From a virus: 56,428 bases of DNA. The translations under genes were made by a program, and so were the position numbers. Shown piece after piece: positions 15,943 through 23,943 of the stretch. The notes under the pieces are model-generated. The model did no database searches. It saw nothing but the letters and a program-made list of their open reading frames with translations, and was not told where the DNA came from. The stretch's first letter is position 1. Every line of letters begins with the position of its first letter. The stretch covers positions 1-56,428 of the IMG/VR virus record IMGVR_UViG_3300046051_000019. One strand, 5' to 3'.

Positions 15943-17478
15943 ATGGACTTGAACTCGTCTAAAACAGAAGCGCGGAACCTCGCTGGTGGCCATCGCCACG
16001 AGATCAATGACCCACTGGAAGCGCTTCGAATGGTCATGATTACCAACTTACTCGAGGACACGTACTACGAGGACGACTCCGAGTCGCTCGAGAAACTCGT
16101 CGAGCGCTTTCAAGCAGCTGCGAACGTGGATCCCGAGTTCCCGTTGCGACTCGCCGCGTGGGCGCGACGAGACGCATACGTTCGAGACGTCCCGCAAGTA
16201 TTACTCGTGCTCAGCGCGCGCCACGACGACGCGAAGCACTACGTTCGACGATACGCGAGCCACGTGATCGATCGAGCCGACGAGCTCTGCACGACGCTCG
16301 CGTTTAACAACACAGTGGCTGGTGACGGCCCGGGTGACTTCTCCGCGACGATTCCATGGGTCTTGAAACGAGCCATTGCTGATGTGATCGAGGACGCGTC
16401 GTTCGACGCGTACCAGTACGCGAAGTACCGACAAGGGCACCGAGCGGTCTCGATGCACGACGTGTTCAACCAAGTGCACCCATATGGGTACGAGGACAGT
16501 CCAGAACCCGTCGAGGGACAATCCGAGATCGCGAATAGGATAACCAAGGGAGGGAAGGACGCGTATCCAGACGTACAGTCTCTCAGCCAGAGACGTACGT
16601 GGGAAGACACCATCAGTGAAGCGGGGCAAGACGGCGACGTCACGGCTGATGACTGGCGCCGCGTGCTCGACGACATGGGGTTATTCGCCCGAGTCCGGAA
16701 CTTACGGAACATGCTCGAAGCTGGGCTGACTGGTGAAGAAATCCTCGAGGACGCGAGCGACGAGTGGATCCGGAACAGTCAACTATACCCGTTCAGGTTT
16801 TACCAAGCACGGAAAGCACTCAAGGGCGCTAGTGAGATGGATCGCTACGTGCACGAGTGGCTTGAGAACGCGGTGAACGTCGCGTGTGAAACCGTGCCAG
16901 ACGAGCTCGTACACACAGCGACGCTCGTGGACCTGTCGGGCTCGATGCAACAACGGGTGTCGAACCGGAGCGACCTTAGTCGCGTCGAGATCGCGGCGTT
17001 GTTCGGCGCGATGCTCGGTCAGAGACGCTCGGATGTCATCGGGTTCGCCGATACAGCGACTCGTGTCCCCGTTGACCCGCTCGAGAACAGTGTGCTCTCG
17101 TTGCAAGAAGCGATCGTGTCCACGGATGTCGGGAGTAGCACGTTCGCTCACAAGGCGCTCGAGTTCATCGCGGACGAGTCTACTGATGGAGAAGTCGTTC
17201 CTGATAGAGTCGTGGTGTTCACTGATTTCCAGATCTGGGAGAGACAGCGGTACGGTAACGACCCGAACGCGTTCCGTGGTGCGTGGGAGATGCTTCGCGA
17301 GATGCACTCCGAGGAACCGTATTTGTACATCGTGGACTTGGCGAGTTACGGCGAGATCAAGCTCCCAGAGAACTACCCGGGCGTCACGAGACTGCAGGGA
17401 TGGAACGACGGCGTGTTGGATTACATCTGGCACGCCGAGAACAGTTTACTAGACGACATTCAAGCGTATGACCCATGA
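15943..17478 (+). CDS. Ro60/Rsr-like TROVE-domain protein with C-terminal vWA domain
   Basis: N-terminus has NLAGGHRHEINDPLEALRMV..TYYED..DPEFPLRLAAWARRDAYVRD, which is TROVE-like. The vWA MIDAS is DLSGSM. Confidence 0.7.
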   Translation: MDLNSSKTEARNLAGGHRHEINDPLEALRMVMITNLLEDTYYEDDSESLEKLVERFQAAANVDPEFPLRLAAWARRDAYVRDVPQVLLVLSARHDDAKHYVRRYASHVIDRADELCTTLAFNNTVAGDGPGDFSATIPWVLKRAIADVIEDASFDAYQYAKYRQGHRAVSMHDVFNQVHPYGYEDSPEPVEGQSEIANRITKGGKDAYPDVQSLSQRRTWEDTISEAGQDGDVTADDWRRVLDDMGLFARVRNLRNMLEAGLTGEEILEDASDEWIRNSQLYPFRFYQARKALKGASEMDRYVHEWLENAVNVACETVPDELVHTATLVDLSGSMQQRVSNRSDLSRVEIAALFGAMLGQRRSDVIGFADTATRVPVDPLENSVLSLQEAIVSTDVGSSTFAHKALEFIADESTDGEVVPDRVVVFTDFQIWERQRYGNDPNAFRGAWEMLREMHSEEPYLYIVDLASYGEIKLPENYPGVTRLQGWNDGVLDYIWHAENSLLDDIQAYDP

Positions 17479-18362
17479 ACCTATACCAGTTACTACGAGC
17501 GCTGCTCGAACGGTTCAGGCGCACTGATAGCGGCGACCAGAGCGACACCAGTAGTGACCAGGACGTCGAAGAGACGCCTGATACTGAGAGCGACGTTAAC
17601 GAGACTGAAGACCCTCCAGTCGAGGAGCACACGCCACCCAGCGACGACGACGAAGAAGAAGAGACGGAGGACGTGAATCGCTCGAGCGACGAGTCGCTCG
17701 ACATCACGTGGCCACCGAACCCGTGCGTGGACCCGCCGCATCGCGGCGTCGGCGACGAGACCATCGAGGTACGACTGTATTGGCGCGTCGGCGACGAGCT
17801 CGGCGAGTGGGCGTGTAAGATGGCGAAGCCCTACGTGGAGTATTGCTACGAGGAAGCCTGGGGCGAGGGCTACGAAGTCGACTGCGTCATCCACCCCGAA
17901 CCGTTACCGATCGATAAAGACTCGCGTGACCATCACGGATCGTGGTTCGTCGCGTTCAAAGAGTACTACTGGCACCAATTAACGTCGGAGAACCGAGCGA
18001 AGCACGCGAACGCGCTCATCGGTCACCTTCCTGGGGTGTACGGGGAGGGCGGTGGGCACTACTGTGTCGTGAACCTTCACAAGCTCGATGGTCCAGTCGA
18101 CCACGAGCCGTGGAGAGACGACGCGTGTATCCGTGAACGGCACTACGGCGGGCTCGGGTACTCGATTAACTCGATGCTACACGAGATCGGGCATTGTCTC
18201 GGGTTGTCCCACGACGACCACGAGCCCGATCAAGACGACTTCGTCGAGGCCTATGGGTATTCACACGTCACCGTGATGAATAACAGTTATCACACTGGGA
18301 ATGGCCAGATTCATATCTTGAGCGATCGAGTCCGTGGCAGGGAACCCGATTTGTCGTACTAG
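17475..18362 (+). CDS. Metzincin-like zinc metalloprotease with an acidic low-complexity N-terminus
   Basis: HEIGHCLGLSHDD matches HExxHxxGxxH(D). ATGA coupling to the TROVE gene. Confidence 0.6.
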   Translation: MNLYQLLRALLERFRRTDSGDQSDTSSDQDVEETPDTESDVNETEDPPVEEHTPPSDDDEEEETEDVNRSSDESLDITWPPNPCVDPPHRGVGDETIEVRLYWRVGDELGEWACKMAKPYVEYCYEEAWGEGYEVDCVIHPEPLPIDKDSRDHHGSWFVAFKEYYWHQLTSENRAKHANALIGHLPGVYGEGGGHYCVVNLHKLDGPVDHEPWRDDACIRERHYGGLGYSINSMLHEIGHCLGLSHDDHEPDQDDFVEAYGYSHVTVMNNSYHTGNGQIHILSDRVRGREPDLSY

Positions 18363-18811
18363 ATGTCGATGGTGTGTCGACAGTTCGGGTAGTTCGAGCA
18401 CCCCCAGAACTCGCCGTGCTCGGATTCGCGACGAGCCATCCACGCTTCGCACTCGTCGCATCGCGGGTTGATAGCTTCTCTCCAGTTGAGCGCCATGTCC
18501 TGGATCTTGGGACGGAGGTTGCTCCGCCACGACTCGATCCTGAGTGTTTTTCTGCGCCCAGAAACTGGGCGGTCGTCCTCGAGGCTCCACACGACGTTTC
18601 GGATCGCGTCGTCCCCGCGGTCGCGAGCGCTCCCGTTTTGGAGCGTCGAGAACACTCGGAGCTCGAGGTCGTCCGTTGGGAGATCGATGGAGTAAACGAC
18701 CTCGTTGACATCGTCCATGTCGACTTCCTCGAATTGAGCGAAGTCGTCGAGGAACTCCTCGAATTCGTCCTGTGCGATGTTGGTGTAGCGTCGCGCCTGT
18801 GATTGTGCCAT
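18359..18811 (-). CDS. Protein with a C-terminal topoisomerase-type C4 zinc finger
   Basis: CDECEAWMARRESEHGEFWGCSNYPNCRHT. The ATG at 18811 follows the conserved leader. Confidence 0.6.
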   Translation of the reverse strand: MAQSQARRYTNIAQDEFEEFLDDFAQFEEVDMDDVNEVVYSIDLPTDDLELRVFSTLQNGSARDRGDDAIRNVVWSLEDDRPVSGRRKTLRIESWRSNLRPKIQDMALNWREAINPRCDECEAWMARRESEHGEFWGCSNYPNCRHTIDI

Positions 18812-18872
18812 CAATGGGACCTCCTGTCCATTTAGACTAATGGCCGGTATCACAATAAGTCTTACTCTTTTT
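18812..18872 (-). promoter_or_regulatory. Conserved promoter+leader cassette, copy 3
   Basis: Minus strand reads AAAAAGAGTAAGACTTATTGTGATACCGGCCATTAGTCTAAATGGACAGGAGGTCCCATTG then ATG. Confidence 0.75.
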
Positions 18873-18894
18873 CATAGACCATGCGCCTAAAGCA

Positions 18895-18908
18895 ACACTT
18901 TTTATCTT
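18895..18908 (+). promoter_or_regulatory. ACACTTTTTATCTT box
   Basis: The same box occurs at 54683-54696 and 54955-54971. A second TATA-like CTATACG at 18933-39 lies 27 nt before the ATG at 18963. Confidence 0.4.
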
Positions 18909-18962
18909 TCAAACACTACCTTCTATACGTTATACCGCTCGTCAAAAAGGTACTGACATCAC

Positions 18963-19817
18963 ATGAACGAACAACAGATCTTGGAGACACTCAGAGACGA
19001 GCCATTCGGCGTCGAGTGGAGCGCTTGGTGCCACCCAGAGACGCTACGCGACCTGCGCGACGACTGCCAATCGCTGCGCACTAAAGACGACCCGATACCA
19101 CCCACGCCACGTGAACGATTCGGCAGGGACTTCGTCGCGGATCCCGCGCTACCGCGCGACGAGTTCTTCGTCTACCCAGAAGACGTAACAGAGTTCATCG
19201 ACGCGTACGTCACGCACCCGCCGCGACGGCTCGTCGAACAACTCATCGAGCGACAAGGCATCGATGCACGCGACGAGGACTACAACACCGTCGTCACGAC
19301 CACGCTCTGGTACAGTCTCGAAGAAACGCGTCACGAGTTCGATGTAGACGCGATCAAGGACGTCGAGCGCATCCCGGCGCTTCGACAGCTCATCGAGCGA
19401 CACGTTCCAGACGACCACCCGCCCGCGTCACCCGAACTCGTCGAGTGGGAGTCGACAAGCGATTATCTCGACGTCGACGTCACGGATACCACGTGGCGAT
19501 GGACCATGGATTACACCGATAGCGACGTCGCGTCGCGTGTACAGTTCAGTTACCGAGTCGCTCACCGAGATTTACTCGAGATGCACGAGGACCACGTTAT
19601 AGGTGCGATGGACGCGTTCGCGAGGCGAGCGATCGACACAGTGAACTCAACTGAGACACGCGAACTCACTGGTTGGCTCACGGAGCACAGTGAGCCACGC
19701 ATAGCGACGGAGCCCGATAGCGGCGAGATCTCGGACGTCCATACGTCTGTTGGAGAAAAAACCATCTCGTACGGTGATTTATACATGCAACCGCGGAGGG
19801 TACCGTCATGTCGCTAG
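18963..19817 (+). CDS. Hypothetical protein
   Basis: 284-aa acidic ORF. Confidence 0.6.
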   Translation: MNEQQILETLRDEPFGVEWSAWCHPETLRDLRDDCQSLRTKDDPIPPTPRERFGRDFVADPALPRDEFFVYPEDVTEFIDAYVTHPPRRLVEQLIERQGIDARDEDYNTVVTTTLWYSLEETRHEFDVDAIKDVERIPALRQLIERHVPDDHPPASPELVEWESTSDYLDVDVTDTTWRWTMDYTDSDVASRVQFSYRVAHRDLLEMHEDHVIGAMDAFARRAIDTVNSTETRELTGWLTEHSEPRIATEPDSGEISDVHTSVGEKTISYGDLYMQPRRVPSCR

Positions 19818-20227
19818 ACGCGCTCCGCGCGTTCAGGAAGCGATTCTTCACGAAACCCCGGCCCTCAGGGAGGTACTTCCTCGCCGACGCCACCGTGAGC
19901 GACGTGACGCGCGCCCTCGGGACACAGTCGTTCGCGCCGAACTGGGAGTACAGTTACAACTATCGCGGTGAAGACGTCAACCTCGCGAGAGTAGTCTACG
20001 AGGAACACCGCGGCGTCGAGTGGTGGCAAACACACGTCAGGGGGTGGATCGCTGACGACGGCGTCGAGCTCAGCGCGCACTGGGAACCCGAGCCCACCGA
20101 GCACCCCTCGATGCATCTCAGCGGTGACGCGTGTACCGTCACTCGCGGCGAAGAAGAGTTACGCGCCGCGCTTGACGCGATCGAGTACATGGAGTTTATT
20201 TGGGACGAGACTCGATCACTCGGATAG
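19808..20227 (+). CDS. Hypothetical protein
   Basis: 139-aa ORF overlapping the upstream gene by 10 nt. Confidence 0.55.
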   Translation: MSLDALRAFRKRFFTKPRPSGRYFLADATVSDVTRALGTQSFAPNWEYSYNYRGEDVNLARVVYEEHRGVEWWQTHVRGWIADDGVELSAHWEPEPTEHPSMHLSGDACTVTRGEEELRAALDAIEYMEFIWDETRSLG

Positions 20228-20477
20228 GCATCTCTTTCATCGATCGACGAGTCCCGCGTTTCCGCATTAGCTCGATGTTCTCTTGATAGGTTAACTCGGG
20301 GTCTACGCGCGACGTCCAATCCTGGACCTCGTAGTGCACCGCGGCGGCTTTCACGCACTGCCAGGACATCACGGGTTTCTCGCGTCGCTCCGTGTATTGG
20401 TTCCCGAGTGGGAGTCGTGATTGTTCGTGCTCGGTGAGCCTGGCTTGACCGAGCGCTGGTTCGCGTCGCTGTTTCAC
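20196..20477 (-). CDS. Hypothetical protein
   Basis: GTGA overlap with the upstream minus-strand gene. The start is uncertain; an alternative ATG lies at 20369. Confidence 0.4.
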   Translation of the reverse strand: MKQRREPALGQARLTEHEQSRLPLGNQYTERREKPVMSWQCVKAAAVHYEVQDWTSRVDPELTYQENIELMRKRGTRRSMKEMPIRVIESRPK

Positions 20478-20731
20478 ATGTCGAGTCGTCGCGTCATCTC
20501 GTCGAACATCTCAGCGATCTCGTCGCCGCGAGTCTCCATTACCGCGTCGTCGACGAGTAACCAGATGGAGCGCTTGATTTTCCATTCCTTGATGGATTCT
20601 AAGCACGGGTCGCAGATGGCGAGCTCGGTGTCCTCGATCGCGTGGAACGTTACGTCGACCTCGCTTCGCTCGTCGCCGTATTTACACATCACGCACCACA
20701 CGGGGTCCGTGAATGGCTCGACGACGCTCAT
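20474..20731 (-). CDS. Small zinc-ribbon protein
   Basis: CVMC...CDPC pattern. Operon overlap on both sides. Confidence 0.55.
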   Translation of the reverse strand: MSVVEPFTDPVWCVMCKYGDERSEVDVTFHAIEDTELAICDPCLESIKEWKIKRSIWLLVDDAVMETRGDEIAEMFDEMTRRLDM

Positions 20732-21204
20732 GTTAGTTCCTTGAATAGCCGAGCGGCGCGGCGCCAGTCGTGTTCTTGCGCGTCACCCTTGGTCCGGGCT
20801 AGCTGGAGTGTTTCCTCACTGAATAACTCGATGAATTGGTGTTTCGCGATCTCGCGGGCGTGGTGTTCGGGCACGAGCTCGTCGGTGACGTTTTGCATTA
20901 TCGCTGTGACGAGTGATTCGTGGAACGACGCCATCCCGTCGATGATGGCTTGTTCGCCGGTCTCGGTTAATCGGTACCATCGCAGCGAGCCGGGTTTGTC
21001 GTAGGTATCGGTGTACACGAGCTCGAGCGAGCCTTCGTCGCGGGCTTGCCTGAGTGCCTTTGAGACCTGCTGTCGAGATAAGTTTATCTCGATGTCTCGA
21101 TGCGTGAATTCGTTCTCCATGTTGCTTATTTGTTGTACTATTTTGAGCCGTGAATCGTGGCGTCCGCGGCCGTGTGCTGACGCGAGCGGGTTGAATGCTT
21201 GCAC
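20728..21204 (-). CDS. Winged-helix transcription regulator (candidate)
   Basis: ISNMENEFTHRDIEINLSRQQVSKALRQARDEGSLELV...RWYRLTETG. The start is GTG 21204 (leaderless) or ATG 21120. Confidence 0.55.
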   Translation of the reverse strand: MQAFNPLASAHGRGRHDSRLKIVQQISNMENEFTHRDIEINLSRQQVSKALRQARDEGSLELVYTDTYDKPGSLRWYRLTETGEQAIIDGMASFHESLVTAIMQNVTDELVPEHHAREIAKHQFIELFSEETLQLARTKGDAQEHDWRRAARLFKELT

Positions 21205-21224
21205 GGTCTAGTGTAGTGCTCGAA

Positions 21225-21432
21225 CCGTGATAAACTTACCTCTTTCGCTTGTTTCCAACGAGGGTAGTCGCGTAGAGCCTTTGTTTACACTATTCCGAAA
21301 CTGTCTCGCTGCCTTGTTACCGAGCAAGACAGCTTGAATAAAAATCGACGTGTTAACAGATGAAAACAAGTCTTACTGTCTTACAGCGACGACAGGAAAA
21401 CGGTGTTGCTTACTATAATAAGAACAACACCC
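21225..21432. repeat. Left arm of an imperfect inverted repeat (partner 24348..24575)
   Basis: A 34-nt identical core at 21399-21432 is the reverse complement of 24348-24381. A 16-nt block at 21317-21332 is the reverse complement of 24451-24466. Weaker similarity lies between the blocks. Confidence 0.75.
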
Positions 21433-21697
21433 ATCCAGTTGAAGCTGACACTCTCCCGTCTCACATACCGATACAACAGAGCAAGAACGCACTCACACAC
21501 CGTTCCAAGACGCGATTCCCGGCGCTTCAAGCACGGACGTAGATCCCATTGCTTCGCCGCTCGCCACGTAGCTCGCTGCCCGCTGAACCAGCCATAGCCT
21601 TGCAACACTGCCCAAGCCCGCCTCCGTTCAGTGTGGTTTGGTTCTTGATGGCGTTGTCGCGTGGCGATGTCGTGGTTGGTTTCTACGCGGCGCGGTA

Positions 21698-21756
21698 TGT
21701 GTAAGAGTAAGACTTATTGTGATACCGGCTATTAGTCTAAATGGAAAAGAGGTCCC
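21698..21756 (+). promoter_or_regulatory. Conserved promoter+leader cassette, copy 4
   Basis: TGTGTAAGAGTAAGACTTATTGTGATACCGGCTATTAGTCTAAATGGAAAAGAGGTCCC then ATG at 21757. Confidence 0.75.
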
Positions 21757-22719
21757 ATGTATTACGACTACTCCCACGGCATGGAAATCGAGCAAGATCC
21801 CAACCAAGCGCCGCGAGACGTCGTGCAAGGCGACGACTGGCACAGGGACGGTAGCGGTCCCCAAGAAACCGATTACGGCGCGTACAACCAAGTCAAATCC
21901 ATTCTCAACGCGTTCAAGGACGACTGCGACGGCTCGACGTGGACGTGGCACAACGAGACCACTGATGGCGCGGGATGCGGGAGCCATGTTCATCTCAACG
22001 TCGGCTCGGATTTCGACGACGAGCTCCAAGCCTGGACCATCACGCACAACACCGTCATCGAGCTCGCGCCATTCATGCTCCCGTTGTTCTGCGCGGACTG
22101 GACCAACGGCTACAGGGACTCAGTCGCTCGATGGGCGAGCCCCACGACGACGCGGTACTCGCAGGACACACTGCAATCGATGGTCTCCAACCCTCGGAGT
22201 CAATCACGGAGCTACGACGCAGTCACGATGAACGGCGCGGATTACTCCGGGAAACCGCTCACGCTCGAGCTCCGGATGAACGAGGCGCACCCGGCTCGAG
22301 CCATCGTGGGGTTGTTGTTCCTCCGAAGGGTCGCGGGGCGCTGCGTGGAGAAGGGATGGTCACCCAAACTCGCTGGGGATCGCTCCAGGGTCATCGCGGA
22401 GATCTACGACGCGGCGTACGACGCGAGCGACCCGATCGAGGCGCTCCGCGACGCGGGGTCCATTGAATTCGAGGACGGGCGCGGGATCCCCGGGGTCGGC
22501 GAGGCGTTCGATACCGCGCTCGAGGTGCTTCGAGCGATCCTCGGGTCGATGGGCACGGATCACGGGAATTACAAGGATCGCGTCAACGCGTTCACGGTGG
22601 CTCGGATCGACGGGAGACACGAGTCGGGCCCGGAGGACCTTGGTCGCGAAGCGTGGAGGGTCGACGAGGGCTCTCGATTTTGGAGCATGGTGGACGACCG
22701 GCGCTGGGACGAGGTGTAG
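21757..22719 (+). CDS. Amidoligase (Pfam Amidoligase_2 / glutamine-synthetase-like COOH-NH2 ligase fold)
   Basis: GMEIE, DGSG, GCGSHVHLN and LELRMNEAH motifs, typical of this family. Confidence 0.65.
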   Translation: MYYDYSHGMEIEQDPNQAPRDVVQGDDWHRDGSGPQETDYGAYNQVKSILNAFKDDCDGSTWTWHNETTDGAGCGSHVHLNVGSDFDDELQAWTITHNTVIELAPFMLPLFCADWTNGYRDSVARWASPTTTRYSQDTLQSMVSNPRSQSRSYDAVTMNGADYSGKPLTLELRMNEAHPARAIVGLLFLRRVAGRCVEKGWSPKLAGDRSRVIAEIYDAAYDASDPIEALRDAGSIEFEDGRGIPGVGEAFDTALEVLRAILGSMGTDHGNYKDRVNAFTVARIDGRHESGPEDLGREAWRVDEGSRFWSMVDDRRWDEV

Positions 22720-22940
22720 TGCTCCTCGAGGTATTCGCAGCGGTCTCGACACGGTTTTCGAGCTGTGAACAGCTGAGATATCGGTGTTTGAGACCGGGTT
22801 TCGCGCTCGAAGCTGCTGTAGCGGTGTTTGGAGCGTGTTTAGCATGGGGGTAACGCTGCTCGAAGCGGCGCGCAGTACGCCCGGGTGGTTCGCGAGACGA
22901 TGAGTCACTGCTGTTCGCCCTGCTCACACACTCGCGTCAG

Positions 22941-22962
22941 TGTGTAAGAGTAAGACTTATGG
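22941..22962 (+). promoter_or_regulatory. TGTGTAAGAGTAAGACTTATGG promoter box
   Basis: Same core as the cassette family but with no downstream ORF. The predicted TSS is near 22984. Confidence 0.5.
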
Positions 22963-22983
22963 CGTTACTGGTCTTACGTGTAC

Positions 22984-23100
22984 ATGGAAGGCAGCTGGTT
23001 CGATCCCAGCCGCTCACCTGGCTGAAGCGCGAAGGACAGGTGACGTGCCCGAACAGGGGCGCCGTGGCGATTAACTGTCACGCACCACACCCTTCCTCAC
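22984..23100 (+). ncRNA. Promoter-driven structured small RNA with a T-arm-like hairpin
   Basis: Ends pair as GGAAGG (22986-91) with CCTTCC (23091-96). The T arm GCTGG-TTCGATC-CCAGC lies at 22994-23010. A 7-bp hairpin pairs 23014-20 with 23037-43. Confidence 0.5.
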
Positions 23101-23113
23101 ACGCTCCCTTTCA

Positions 23114-23177
23114 GTGAAAAAGAGAAAGACTTATTGTGATACCGGCTATTAGTCTAAATGGAAAAGAGGTCCCACAG
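23114..23177 (+). promoter_or_regulatory. Conserved promoter+leader cassette, copy 5
   Basis: GTGAAAAAGAGAAAGACTTATTGTGATACCGGCTATTAGTCTAAATGGAAAAGAGGTCCCACAG then ATG at 23178. Confidence 0.75.
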
Positions 23178-23360
23178 ATGGCACGCTACAAACTCACCGG
23201 GTACACCGTCAACACCGACGAGCTCCCAGACTGGAAAATCGACGAGCTCACCAAGAGCACCACGATCGTCACCGCGGAGAACAAGGAACACGCTCGACGC
23301 GTGCTCCGCGACGAATACGTCGACGAGTTCCACGACGTCGAGATCGAGGAAGTGAACTAA
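23178..23360 (+). CDS. Hypothetical small protein
   Basis: MARYKLTGYTVNTDELPDWK..., 60 aa. Confidence 0.6.
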   Translation: MARYKLTGYTVNTDELPDWKIDELTKSTTIVTAENKEHARRVLRDEYVDEFHDVEIEEVN

Positions 23361-23361
23361 C

Positions 23362-23943
23362 GTGTGCTGGATGACTGCGCGGCGCGGTGACTCCCCGCTC
23401 GCCTCGGGGCTCGACGCGTGCCAACGACACGAGGACGCGAGCGGCGGGCACTCCTGGGGCTACGCGATCAGTGATGGCGAGAAACTCGAGACGTTCACAC
23501 AAGTCGGGACCATCGACACGTTCGCGACGAGCCCCGAGGCCGAGGTCGCGCTCGTACACACGCGACTCGCGACTCGCGGCGAGATCACGGAGGAGAACGC
23601 GCACCCGTTCTTGATTCACTGGCACGAACCCGGGGGTGCGTCGCGCACAGCGGCGCTCGCGCACAACGGCACGTGGCACGACGCTCCACACGATGGCCGT
23701 GCGGACTCGTGGCACATGGCCCGTGAACTCGAAGCACGCCTCGAGGACGACGCCGAGCTCCGCGACGCAGTCGAGTCGCTTGGCGCGCTCACGAGTGAAA
23801 CGTTTATCGTCGTCACTGATATGGCCCGGGCGCTCGTGTACTCGGGGCGCTTCACGGTCACCACTGATGACGTCGAGTCCCCGCGAGTCGTGCAGTCGAG
23901 CGAGCTCGACGAGATCCCGACTGGCTCGACCCTCGAGCTCTAA
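23362..23943 (+). CDS. Class II (Ntn-type) glutamine amidotransferase
   Basis: The GTG start is followed by Cys2, the Ntn nucleophile. HTRLATRGEITEENAHPF motif. Confidence 0.7.
   Translation: MCWMTARRGDSPLASGLDACQRHEDASGGHSWGYAISDGEKLETFTQVGTIDTFATSPEAEVALVHTRLATRGEITEENAHPFLIHWHEPGGASRTAALAHNGTWHDAPHDGRADSWHMARELEARLEDDAELRDAVESLGALTSETFIVVTDMARALVYSGRFTVTTDDVESPRVVQSSELDEIPTGSTLEL

Noticed and set aside
21403-21597. ORFs 21403..21597(+) and 24126..24377(-), which both begin MLLTIIRTTP.
   Set aside because: The shared N-terminus is the translated inverted-repeat core with a TTG start. The remainder is basic, Arg/Pro-rich and unrelated between the two ORFs.
21638-22231. A conserved peptide (V/M)IPAISLNGKEVP appears in ORFs 3768..4175(-), 18359..18853(-), 21638..22231(+) and 23136..23360(+). 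Its antisense counterpart PFRLMAGITISL appears in 3880..4533, 21628..22047(-) and 23858..24067(-).
   Set aside because: The shared peptide is only the translation of the repeated promoter+leader DNA cassette. The real genes start at the ATG just downstream of it. ORF 21638..22231 continues in a Thr/Arg/Ser-rich frame that overlaps the well-supported amidoligase frame.
22994-23017. Additional canonical or intron-containing tRNA genes at the extra T-arm loci.
   Set aside because: No complementary 5' acceptor strand was found at cloverleaf distance, and there is no room for D and anticodon arms. Split or permuted arrangements did not fit the order of elements.
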